DNA from: a virus
DNA length: 51,183 nt
Virus record (IMG/VR): IMGVR_UViG_3300045988_161624
Span: 1-51,183 of that record
Reading direction: 5' to 3' (one strand)
The translations under genes and the position numbers were made by a program. This document shows, piece after piece, positions 26,609 to 34,610 of the stretch. Position 1 is the stretch's first letter, and every line of letters begins with the position of its first letter. Under the pieces are notes generated by a model. That model was not told the origin of the DNA. It did no database searches and worked only from the letters and a program-made list of their open reading frames with translations.

Positions 26609-26982
26609 TTCAGCACCTCGGTTATTTTGGTTAAAAGTTTGTGGAAATTATCTATTGACACAATATCTTGGTTAATAAATTCATTGTGTATTTTTTCTTT
26701 AACTTCTTTAAGCAACTGGCAGAGATGATCTATCTCTATCTCATTACTAGTTACAAGAGCTGATAAATCATTATTTTCATCTCTCACACACTTCAGTTCT
26801 TCGTAATCACACGGAGCTAGAACTTCGACAACTTCAAACGTGTAACTTATCGCATAAAATCTATTAAATTTACTTAGCTTGGCGACGTCTACACGCCCGT
26901 TTGATAGCCTGACATAATACGGCCCTGCTTTTAATTTTCTAGCTTTCCAGTCATCCGTTAAGCTCATCGCCCATCTCCTCAA
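26605..26982 (-). CDS. hypothetical protein
   Basis: ORF in the operon. The likely start is the internal ATG at 26967 (MSLTDDWKARKL). Confidence 0.55.
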   Translation of the reverse strand: MRRWAMSLTDDWKARKLKAGPYYVRLSNGRVDVAKLSKFNRFYAISYTFEVVEVLAPCDYEELKCVRDENNDLSALVTSNEIEIDHLCQLLKEVKEKIHNEFINQDIVSIDNFHKLLTKITEVLK

Positions 26983-27247
26983 TTTTCATTTCAGAAAAAA
27001 CATCCGGCTCTATGTCGCCAATTCCACCCATCACTTCCATATACTCTTCTTTTTTTTCGGCGCACATTTCATTTAAATACACCCACTTTTTACACCAATT
27101 TTGTAAATGTGTTTTTCTCGGATATGCTTTATATGCGGAAAATCCAAAATAATATACATACCCATTGAAATAAAAACCGACATGATTTTGGTCGCCTAAA
27201 ATATAGCCATTAACTTTTGGCGCATACGTATTGTCGTGAATTTTCAT
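26951..27247 (-). CDS. hypothetical protein with acidic C-terminus
   Basis: 98-aa ORF. Confidence 0.55.
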   Translation of the reverse strand: MKIHDNTYAPKVNGYILGDQNHVGFYFNGYVYYFGFSAYKAYPRKTHLQNWCKKWVYLNEMCAEKKEEYMEVMGGIGDIEPDVFSEMKIEEMGDELNG

Positions 27248-27281
27248 TTTTTCATCCTAAAATAGTTAAAGAGTTAAAAAA

Positions 27282-27650
27282 TTACAAAGCTAGCACCGGG
27301 CGAACGTACTTATTGTTGTTCTTATAGCCGTAGTTGTACAAACCGTAACTGGTGCCTAGGTTAGAGTACCACGCGTAGTAGTAGGAGTACTCCGACGAAG
27401 ACCAATACCAGTCTCTTTTAAGCGGCTCCCCGCCGGCTCGAACGAGTGCCCGGTTTACATCGTTGAAATTCTCAGCAATCGCTATCCATTCTTCCTTGCT
27501 CGGAATACCTACTTTTACGGCGTCATACCAATTCATAGGCTCCAGCTCATCTTGCAAGGCCAAATAAATAACTCGGCCGTTTATTTGAGCGGCACGGACG
27601 CCGATGGGACGTCCGTCTTTCTTAACAATCATTACTCTGAATTTTGCCAT
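27282..27650 (-). CDS. DUF1566-like (Lcl C-terminal-like) small protein, paralogue A1
   Basis: PMNWYDA..IPSKEEW..GGEPLKRDWYWSSSE..AW....KYVRPVL. Confidence 0.6.
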   Translation of the reverse strand: MAKFRVMIVKKDGRPIGVRAAQINGRVIYLALQDELEPMNWYDAVKVGIPSKEEWIAIAENFNDVNRALVRAGGEPLKRDWYWSSSEYSYYYAWYSNLGTSYGLYNYGYKNNNKYVRPVLAL

Positions 27651-27660
27651 TTGTTTTCTC

Positions 27661-28074
27661 CTAAATTAAAACCGGGCGAACGTAGTTATAGTTGAGCTTA
27701 TAGTACCAGTCCAAACCGTAACTGTAGCCAAGGTCACAGCCCCACGCGTAGTTGTAGGAGTCCTCCGACGAAGACCAATAGTTTTTATTCAGAAGGTCGC
27801 CGCCTACTTTTTCCAGCATTTTGTTGATTCGTTTGATATTTGCGATAACAAACTCCCACTCGTGTTTCATCGGCAAACGGCAATAGTTCTTTTCACACCA
27901 GCATTTTGCGTTGAACCAATCCATGGTTCTAGGCGCGTCGTAAAGTGCAAGGTCGAAATAATGTTTGTCGTCATCAAGCCAACACCTAATCCCGACAATT
28001 TCCTTTTCTCTATCAATATCTTCTGAAGCCGTTCCGTTAGCATATGCGTATTCAATAAAAATTTCTTTCTTCAT
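27661..28074 (-). CDS. DUF1566-like small protein, paralogue B1
   Basis: MDWFNAKCWCEKNYCRLPMKHEW..NYWSSSE..AW..YVRPVL. Confidence 0.6.
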   Translation of the reverse strand: MKKEIFIEYAYANGTASEDIDREKEIVGIRCWLDDDKHYFDLALYDAPRTMDWFNAKCWCEKNYCRLPMKHEWEFVIANIKRINKMLEKVGGDLLNKNYWSSSEDSYNYAWGCDLGYSYGLDWYYKLNYNYVRPVLI

Positions 28075-28113
28075 TTTTGTTCCTTTATTTAAAAATTTGA
28101 TAGCCTTTGCGTT

Positions 28114-28386
28114 CTATTTTATTAAATTTTCCAAAATTATTTTCATTTGCTCCGGGGTACGATTAACCGCTATACAGGGAATTACAAGATTACCGTCAAT
28201 ATCGTAAGTATCTACATGCAGATAAATATCCCCTGTATCAAAAAATTCTAAATCATTTGCGATAATACAATAATTGTCATATATTTCTACACCATCAATT
28301 TCTTTGGCCCATTCAACCAACTCAAACCATGTGATAGTAGGCATAAAAGCCAAATTATCCTCATAATCCGGCGTGTTGTTACTCAT
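28114..28386 (-). CDS. highly acidic 90-aa protein
   Basis: About 20 Asp/Glu against 4 Lys/Arg, by eye. Confidence 0.55.
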   Translation of the reverse strand: MSNNTPDYEDNLAFMPTITWFELVEWAKEIDGVEIYDNYCIIANDLEFFDTGDIYLHVDTYDIDGNLVIPCIAVNRTPEQMKIILENLIK

Positions 28387-28864
28387 CTTTCAATCCTTTC
28401 AATTTATCAGACCAGTGTTTTATTAGTTTTAAGTCCTCTTTGCGCTGCGGGCTGCTGTAATACATATCATTCCCGCACTCGTGTATATACTCCTGACTTT
28501 TGGCCCATTGCAAGCCGCTCAGCACTGTTTCCAAACTTTCGACTATCGCGCCGCCGGCAGTTTTATAATGCGGTTTCCCTTTAAGAATATTTGTAATTAT
28601 AACAGGACTCACGCCTAAAAATTTTGCGACATCGGAAGCGGTTTTAAAAACCTCTGTTTTACCGTTCTGCAAGTGTAATAGTACCCCGTTTGTCTGTGTA
28701 ATAGTACTTGCGTCAACAAGTAAAGGTAGTAAACCAGCTTTAAAAGTTTCATGCGTTGTAAGTGTGATAGTATCGCCGAGAACAAGCTTAAGATGTCTTA
28801 AATTTTTAATTACCATTCGAGTTTTATACCCATTTTTATGCGTAATAGTACAGCTGTAAAACAT
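28379..28864 (-). CDS. protein with NUMOD1-like HTH
   Basis: VFKTASDVAKFLGVSPVIITNILKGK. Confidence 0.45.
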   Translation of the reverse strand: MFYSCTITHKNGYKTRMVIKNLRHLKLVLGDTITLTTHETFKAGLLPLLVDASTITQTNGVLLHLQNGKTEVFKTASDVAKFLGVSPVIITNILKGKPHYKTAGGAIVESLETVLSGLQWAKSQEYIHECGNDMYYSSPQRKEDLKLIKHWSDKLKGLKDE

Positions 28865-28879
28865 TTTTACATATCCTTT

Positions 28880-29455
28880 TTATTTGTGAAGTTTAACCGT
28901 AAAGCCGAAACTTTCAGCTTTTAATAAGTTTTTTGTTGTAAATAAAACATTGCCGAAATCGTCTAAAACATCCCATTCAGTTGTTTTAATGTTCTCCGGT
29001 TTTAAATTTAAAGGCTGTAATAATGCCGCCTTTTTTTTATCACGACTTTCTAATAAAATAGCGTTGTCAGTTCTTGACGGAATTAAAAGCCGTGAATCAT
29101 TCCCGATAAAATTTAAAGCAATTTTAAAATAACTTTCCTTAATTAAAAAATTGTCAATCTGTGCAAGGCCGGCTGTATATTTTATTCTATCAAGCTGCCA
29201 AAGTCGCTGGGCGTTTTTTTTTGCTGAATCATATACAATTTTCCAATCGGCGAGAGGTTTTAAGTCGGTCGGAGCAGGTACGGGCATTTGAAGACGCCAG
29301 CAAAGCGAAAGTTGACCGCCGCCGCTGTCATCAATAAGCATAATCATCCCGTCAGACGCTATATATTTCCCGTCTGTATCTTGATAAATATATTGTAGCG
29401 ACAACCTATCCATTAAACGACTTGTCACTTTGTCAAGCTCGCACGAGTAAAACAT
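28880..29455 (-). CDS. hypothetical protein (191 aa from the ATG at 29455)
   Basis: The track start at 29512 is a TTG. MFYSC N-terminus as in the 28379..28864 product. Confidence 0.55.
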   Translation of the reverse strand: MFYSCELDKVTSRLMDRLSLQYIYQDTDGKYIASDGMIMLIDDSGGGQLSLCWRLQMPVPAPTDLKPLADWKIVYDSAKKNAQRLWQLDRIKYTAGLAQIDNFLIKESYFKIALNFIGNDSRLLIPSRTDNAILLESRDKKKAALLQPLNLKPENIKTTEWDVLDDFGNVLFTTKNLLKAESFGFTVKLHK

Positions 29456-29457
29456 TT

Positions 29458-29622
29458 TTAATAATCCTTTAAAATTGTTAAACATTCCGTCTTTGACAAA
29501 TCTTTTAAACAAATAAAATATTCTGTTTCAGCGTCATAATAAGCATTTTGCCGACGAAAGCCGCTATTTGCAGCGACAAGAATCGCTGCAAATATTAAAA
29601 CCGTTGTAAAATATTTAAACAT
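29458..29622 (-). CDS. 54-aa ORF with signal-peptide-like N-terminus, not in the track
   Basis: Hand translation MFKYFTTVLIFAAILVAANSGFRRQNAYYDAETEYFICLKDLSKTECLTILKDY. AAGGAAA SD. Confidence 0.45.
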   Translation of the reverse strand: MFKYFTTVLIFAAILVAANSGFRRQNAYYDAETEYFICLKDLSKTECLTILKDY

Positions 29623-29653
29623 TTTGGTTATTTCCTTACGTAACCGTTAAGAA

Positions 29654-30067
29654 TTACAAAGTTAGCACCGGGCGAACGAAGCAATCGTCATACCTACTTG
29701 CAGCGTAGTTTAAACCGTAACTGCCATAAAGGATCGATAACCACGCGCTGCCGCTGCTGTATTCCGATGAAGACCAGTAACGGACGCCATCTTTAAACGG
29801 CTCGCCGGCGGCGTCGTTCATCATTTTGTTAATCAATATCAAATTCTCACCGATAAGATTTAGTTCGTGTTTCATCGGCAAACGGCAATAGTTTTCTTCA
29901 CACCAACCCTTGCTTTCGTAATAGTTCATTGTTTCAGGCGCATCTTTCGGACTGATGATAAAATTATGTTTATCGTCAACGTAACAGCGAATGCCGAAAA
30001 ATTCCTTATTTTTGTCAAGCGTTTCGGTTGATGTTCCGTCTGTGTATACAAATTCTAATTTATTCAT
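29654..30067 (-). CDS. DUF1566-like small protein, paralogue B2
   Basis: MNYYESKGWCEENYCRLPMKHEL..RYWSSSE..AW..FVRPVL. 20-nt identity with B1 around catcggcaaacggcaatagtt. Confidence 0.6.
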   Translation of the reverse strand: MNKLEFVYTDGTSTETLDKNKEFFGIRCYVDDKHNFIISPKDAPETMNYYESKGWCEENYCRLPMKHELNLIGENLILINKMMNDAAGEPFKDGVRYWSSSEYSSGSAWLSILYGSYGLNYAASRYDDCFVRPVLTL

Positions 30068-30084
30068 CTGTTTTTACTCCATAA

Positions 30085-30450
30085 TTAAAAATTTACAATT
30101 ACGCGGACATTATGTCTAAACGGTTTTTCATCAAAATTTAAACCGGATATTCTGTTAAAATCATAATAAAGCGCGTAATCGTGCCTGGCTTCCGACGCCG
30201 ACCAATAACAGTCTTTTTTAAGCGGCTCCCCGCCCGCCTGCTCGCATGCGTCATTGATAGCGTCAAAATTTTCACTAATCGCAAACCATTCTTCAATTGA
30301 CGGGATCGCTTGATATGAAGCGCTAAACCAATTCATCCGCTCCGGCTCATCCTGAAGCGCGAGGGTAATTATCCGGCCGTTTATTTGGGCAGCGCGGACG
30401 CCTACCGGCCGCCCGTTTCTTTTAACAATTTCAACTTTAAATTTTGTCAT
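30085..30450 (-). CDS. DUF1566-like small protein, paralogue A2
   Basis: ATG at 30450. MTKFKVEIVKRNGRPVGVRAAQINGR matches A1 MAKFRVMIVKKDGRPIGVRAAQINGR. Confidence 0.6.
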   Translation of the reverse strand: MTKFKVEIVKRNGRPVGVRAAQINGRIITLALQDEPERMNWFSASYQAIPSIEEWFAISENFDAINDACEQAGGEPLKKDCYWSASEARHDYALYYDFNRISGLNFDEKPFRHNVRVIVNF

Positions 30451-30454
30451 CTCA

Positions 30455-30646
30455 TTAACCTTTAAAATTAATTTCAGCACCGTCAACGTAATCAATAGCT
30501 TCGCGCAGGTATTCCGGCAAACCGTCAACCATGTCGCAAACCCATTGATTGTTATATCCGTAAATTTGGAAACTTATCGAATCTTTCCCGGAATTTATGG
30601 CTTTTTCAACCATAGTTTTAAAATCACTTGAATCAATTTTTTTCAT
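30455..30646 (-). CDS. hypothetical protein, first gene after the internal early promoter
   Basis: 63-aa ORF, AAAGGAT SD. Confidence 0.55.
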   Translation of the reverse strand: MKKIDSSDFKTMVEKAINSGKDSISFQIYGYNNQWVCDMVDGLPEYLREAIDYVDGAEINFKG

Positions 30647-30647
30647 G

Positions 30648-30706
30648 TTCGAATCCTTTTCTTGTGTTTATACTTAATATATAACATAAATTATTAAAAT
30701 TGCCAA
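30648..30706 (-). promoter_or_regulatory. early promoter plus leader, copy 2
   Basis: - strand TTGGCA (30706-30701), N17, TATATA (30683-30678). About 50 nt nearly identical to 32393-32440. Confidence 0.65.
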
Positions 30707-30727
30707 TAGGCTTTTTAATAATTTATG

Positions 30728-31030
30728 TTAAAAACTCCACGGTCCCTTGATGATTTTACTATTGCCCGTGCCGGGTTTGTACCAGACAAAACCCCCACCC
30801 GCCGCGCCTTGTCTCCATTTCGTACAGCTTAATTGATTGTCAATAAATATTTTACCATCCGGCCGCAATTCGACAACATCAGCGTCCCAAAAATTTTTTA
30901 TTTTGTCAGCCAAGTCTTGCAGCGTCGACGCCGTGTCATTTACTTCTTCGCGCTGTAATTCAATTTCATAAGCTGTTTTTAGCTCCGCGATGTCTCGATT
31001 CGTAAGTTTTGCACGGATTAAAATTTGCAT
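30728..31030 (-). CDS. hypothetical protein
   Basis: 100-aa ORF. Confidence 0.55.
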   Translation of the reverse strand: MQILIRAKLTNRDIAELKTAYEIELQREEVNDTASTLQDLADKIKNFWDADVVELRPDGKIFIDNQLSCTKWRQGAAGGGFVWYKPGTGNSKIIKGPWSF

Positions 31031-31034
31031 GGCG

Positions 31035-31196
31035 TTAACCTCTGATACTTTTAATATACGCGTTGTTAAAGCCTAAATATTGCAAAATCCCTAATTGCGT
31101 TTTTGCATGATTTAAATAATAACATTTAACAGCTACGTCTTTTTTAGTTGGTTTTTTGTCAAGCCCGAAATACACGATAAATTTTGTTTTTTGCAT
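31035..31196 (-). CDS. 53-aa ORF, not in the track
   Basis: Hand translation MQKTKFIVYFGLDKKPTKKDVAVKCYYLNHAKTQLGILQYLGFNNAYIKSIRG. AAGGGGG SD. Confidence 0.4.
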   Translation of the reverse strand: MQKTKFIVYFGLDKKPTKKDVAVKCYYLNHAKTQLGILQYLGFNNAYIKSIRG

Positions 31197-31238
31197 TTTA
31201 ACCCCCTTAAGCGGCTGGCATGTTCTAAGACTTTTTCT

Positions 31239-31583
31239 TTATTGAAAAAGCAATCTCATCATGGACGGGCATTGTTCAACTACTCCGCACGGTGTCAACA
31301 TATACCATTTGTTTGTTGCTATCTCCACGCCGTTCGCGTATTGTTTACCGGCTTTTTGTGTTATTCTTAAACCTTGAATCGCGTTTAAACGTTCGCGGAT
31401 CGTTTGCGTTGGCCGGTTCGCAAGCGTAAAAAATATTTGTCCTTTGTCGTTATGTTCAGCAATTAAATTTTCGTGTAAATATAAGCGCGCGCCGCTGTCG
31501 TCGCTTTGGACTCTGGTGTTTGACTGTTTGAAGTTTTGAAAGCGGTTGAAAGCGTCCGCGGCTTTGTAACTAATATCTTTCAT
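31239..31583 (-). CDS. hypothetical protein
   Basis: ATG at 31583 lies 7 nt after GGAGGA, whereas the track start 31598 lacks an SD. Confidence 0.55.
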   Translation of the reverse strand: MKDISYKAADAFNRFQNFKQSNTRVQSDDSGARLYLHENLIAEHNDKGQIFFTLANRPTQTIRERLNAIQGLRITQKAGKQYANGVEIATNKWYMLTPCGVVEQCPSMMRLLFQ

Positions 31584-31608
31584 TTTTGAATCCTCCATAA
31601 ATTATTAA

Positions 31609-32064
31609 TTAGCCAAAAATTTCAACAATTTGATATTTTTTAATTTTTAACATTTTGCAAAGTGATTCTAACACAAATTTATTATCACCACTGCCGCCGA
31701 AGCTTGGAAAGTTAAAAATTCCCGCGTTGTTAATCGCTTCTTCAAACGCCGCGCTTTGTCTGTTATAACCATAACCGCCCGCGCAACCACTGCCGCGCGT
31801 GTCGACGCCAACGCCGTTGGCGGTTATCCACAAGCAACAATAACTTGTAGATTTAGTGTTATAAAATCTAACGTCAATTGCTTCCACAAAATTCCCATTG
31901 CAATTTTTTTCTTCGAAATTGAGAACTTTATAACCGGAGGTGAAATTATTTTCTTTTCTGAATTTAACGTTAAATTTTTGCCGGGCCGGGTCAATGTCAA
32001 CTTTTATCATTTTTTCATCAGCTGCCCAACATGACGGTTTATTTTTAAATTTAAGTGTTATCAT
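31609..32064 (-). CDS. hypothetical protein with GSGCAGGYGYNRQSAAFEEA motif
   Basis: 151-aa ORF. Motif noted but not assignable. Confidence 0.55.
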   Translation of the reverse strand: MITLKFKNKPSCWAADEKMIKVDIDPARQKFNVKFRKENNFTSGYKVLNFEEKNCNGNFVEAIDVRFYNTKSTSYCCLWITANGVGVDTRGSGCAGGYGYNRQSAAFEEAINNAGIFNFPSFGGSGDNKFVLESLCKMLKIKKYQIVEIFG

Positions 32065-32087
32065 TGTTTTTAACCTCCAAATATGTT

Positions 32088-32390
32088 TTACATTAATTTA
32101 CTGTCAACCTGTTCGCGTATAACCGCAATAGCTTCTTGATTTAAAGCCGTTTTTAGCAATTCAACGATAGGACCAATATCCAAATCGCCGCTGAAGTCTA
32201 TTATTTGGACGAGTAGCGTCGTCTCTAAAACTCGAGTCCCGTCGGTATGCGTATAAAGCCCCTTGCCCTCTGTTATCGTGCAATCTCCGACAATACCGCC
32301 AACAATTTTATAAGCATCTGTTGTTAAAATTTCTTGCTGTTTGGTGTCTTTGTCGTTAAGCCCTATATACAAATTAAATTTTGTAAACAT
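32088..32390 (-). CDS. hypothetical protein (possibly DUF3574-like), first early gene
   Basis: ATG at 32390. FNLYIGLNDKDTK...TITEGKGLYTH..G..LETTLLVQII. Confidence 0.4.
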   Translation of the reverse strand: MFTKFNLYIGLNDKDTKQQEILTTDAYKIVGGIVGDCTITEGKGLYTHTDGTRVLETTLLVQIIDFSGDLDIGPIVELLKTALNQEAIAVIREQVDSKLM

Positions 32391-32392
32391 TT

Positions 32393-32451
32393 TTCGAATC
32401 CTTTCTTTATGTTTATACTTAATATATAACATAAATTATAAATGTTGTCAA
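32393..32451 (-). promoter_or_regulatory. early promoter plus leader, copy 1
   Basis: - strand TTGACA (32451-32446), N17, TATATA (32428-32423). The leader is shared with 30648-30697. Confidence 0.7.
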
Positions 32452-32841
32452 GTGTTTAGTGTTAATTTTTTGGTTAAAAATTATTAAAAGCTGCTGTTAA
32501 AAAACTCGAATCCTCTAAAACCGTTGATATACTTAGGATTCCGAGAGTTGTCAATTTGTCTTGCATTGTTGAAACAACAAACAACGACAACTTACAACTT
32601 TTAAAATGCGAAAAAAAAGTCCTCCAAACCATTAACCAACGCACGCCAACGGAGCTTTATAGTATAAAATGTTTATAGTGTTAAGAGTTTGTACACAGGC
32701 CAACGGTTTTTAAAGAAGGGGGGTATCCCCGGGCTGTTTTGGGCTGCTCTTACCCCAACACCCGAAACACTGAAAACATCAAAAACTCTTGACAACATCT
32801 AAAGTTTATAATAACATTCATAACAAAAGGAGAAAAAACCC

Positions 32842-33618
32842 ATGTATTTAACGATAGATAGTCCAAACAAATGGCGACTTTATAAAGTGTATGATGACAA
32901 GGGAGAACTTGTTTATATAAATATAGCGAAGCTCCCTGACATAATTACCCTGCGCAACATTTCCTGCGCAAGGTCTTTCAACCCTTTAACGACATACGAA
33001 GTTATTATCGAAGAGAAGGAGTATGAAAACAAAATTGATGCGCTGAATGCTCTTACTCGTGCTCGTCCTTACAAAACACCTAAATTTAATCTGGAGGTTA
33101 AAGGGTATATGAATGACAGTCTCATTATCTGCGAGCAGACAAACGAAAAGTTTAAGAATCAAAGCGACGTATGCCAAAGATACGGCATTGACAAATCGAA
33201 TTTAAGCAATCATCTGCGTAACAGAGATTTGAAAAAAAACATTAAAGGATTGTCGTTCCATTATTACAATGCGTTGGACGAGCAGAGAGAACTGATGCGG
33301 AAATGGACGCCGCTTATGTTTAATGTGGATCCACAGTATTGGGGAAATTTTGACGCGGATGTGGTTTACATGAGCTATAAATACCGACATCCGCTTGATT
33401 TAAAATCGATTGACAAGCCGGTGTTCAATTACACGCCGTGGGCGCCTATCATTCCCGACGGCGACGACCCTATCCCGCCTGAAGCGCTTAACTTCCCCGT
33501 CCCGGGACAGGTCCCCTTGCCTGTACGGCACTGCAACCTTCAGGCCTTGTATGCGACAGAGGAGCTGCCGTGGCACAAGCCGGGGAGCAAAAGACCGCCT
33601 ATTAAGTTAGACGATTGA
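32842..33618 (+). CDS. protein with central NUMOD1-like HTH
   Basis: AAGGAG SD. IICEQTNEKFKNQSDVCQRYGIDKSNLSNHL..KGLSFHY. Confidence 0.5.
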   Translation: MYLTIDSPNKWRLYKVYDDKGELVYINIAKLPDIITLRNISCARSFNPLTTYEVIIEEKEYENKIDALNALTRARPYKTPKFNLEVKGYMNDSLIICEQTNEKFKNQSDVCQRYGIDKSNLSNHLRNRDLKKNIKGLSFHYYNALDEQRELMRKWTPLMFNVDPQYWGNFDADVVYMSYKYRHPLDLKSIDKPVFNYTPWAPIIPDGDDPIPPEALNFPVPGQVPLPVRHCNLQALYATEELPWHKPGSKRPPIKLDD

Positions 33619-33633
33619 CTTAGGAGATAAACC

Positions 33634-33993
33634 ATGTTATTAAATAACAGAGATTGGTATATATTTATCAGAGACGGTGAGTACATAGTCGGCAAACTGC
33701 CTTATGCTCTCAAAGAGGGGAGGGATATAGAGGTGCTGGGTCATGCGACCGCCAAACCTGAGGCTTATCGGCTGCTTGAGATGCTTGTTGGCTATCGCCC
33801 CCTCCGGCGGCACAAACAAGGTGTACCGGTGGAGTGTATAGACACAGGGGAGAGATTTGTCAATGCCAGAGAGGCGTGTGAGAAATATGGAATCTCTCAG
33901 CCTCTTATGAGTTTTCATCTCAGCGGCAAACCTTGCTATGCTACATGCAAGGGGCTGCGCTTTAAATATGTAGACAACGACACAGAGGTATAA
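33634..33993 (+). CDS. NUMOD1-like HTH protein, GC-rich paralogue of the previous gene
   Basis: VECIDTGERFVNAREACEKYGISQPLMSFHL..KGLRFKY. Confidence 0.5.
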   Translation: MLLNNRDWYIFIRDGEYIVGKLPYALKEGRDIEVLGHATAKPEAYRLLEMLVGYRPLRRHKQGVPVECIDTGERFVNAREACEKYGISQPLMSFHLSGKPCYATCKGLRFKYVDNDTEV

Positions 33994-34610
33994 TGACATC
34001 CTGTTATCCTACAAGTGCTTATGACATGATAACTGAGGCGGAGAGAGCCGTGCTCGAGGAGTATGTTAGCTATGCCGTGACAGAGCAGCAGCGCAAACAT
34101 CAACGGGTAGACCTCGCGCTTAATCTTCCGGTGCCTGCCGAGTTCATGCGCAAGGGGAGAGAGTGCTTTGCCAAGCCTGTGGTGCTTGCGGCATTGCGTG
34201 AGCGCCTGCTTGAGGAGAGTGCCAGACGCGACATATCGCCTGACAGAGTGATAAGAGAATACGGCAAAATAGCTTTCAGTGACATAAGCGACTATCTTGA
34301 GCAAGGGTCATGGGGGACCGTGCAACTGAAAGACTTTGCGAATATTTCGGCTGATAAACTCGGAGCAATCAAAAGTGTAGAGACACGTATGGGGAGCAAT
34401 GGTGCGACACAGGTCAAACTCGTGTTGCATGACAAATTTCCGGCGCTTAAGGCGCTTGCCGAGCTTATGGGGCTGGTAGCTCCTGACGCTCCTCCGGCGC
34501 TTGAAGGCTATGTCAAACAAGAGATACGGTCGATGGAGCAAGCGGCGCTGCAAGCTCCTGAGGCAGAGTATGAGGAGCTGCTGGAGGAGGTCAACCGTGG
34601 GGACGACTAG
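33993..34610 (+). CDS. terS: terminase small subunit (Terminase_2/P27-like)
   Basis: RDISPDRVIREYGKIAFSDISDYL ... LGAIKSVETR ... VKLVLHDKFPALKALAELMGL. Confidence 0.8.
   Translation: MTSCYPTSAYDMITEAERAVLEEYVSYAVTEQQRKHQRVDLALNLPVPAEFMRKGRECFAKPVVLAALRERLLEESARRDISPDRVIREYGKIAFSDISDYLEQGSWGTVQLKDFANISADKLGAIKSVETRMGSNGATQVKLVLHDKFPALKALAELMGLVAPDAPPALEGYVKQEIRSMEQAALQAPEAEYEELLEEVNRGDD

Noticed and set aside
26360-26728. 122-aa + strand ORF in the early region
   Set aside because: It is antisense to three coupled - strand genes, has hydrophobic low-complexity translation, and sits in no + strand operon context.
30648-30660. TTCGAATCC (tRNA T-loop-like) in both early leaders and at 32507-32514, as possible tRNA genes
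   Set aside because: There are no flanking acceptor, D or anticodon stems. The strings lie on the non-transcribed orientation of the leaders, and no cloverleaf can be drawn.
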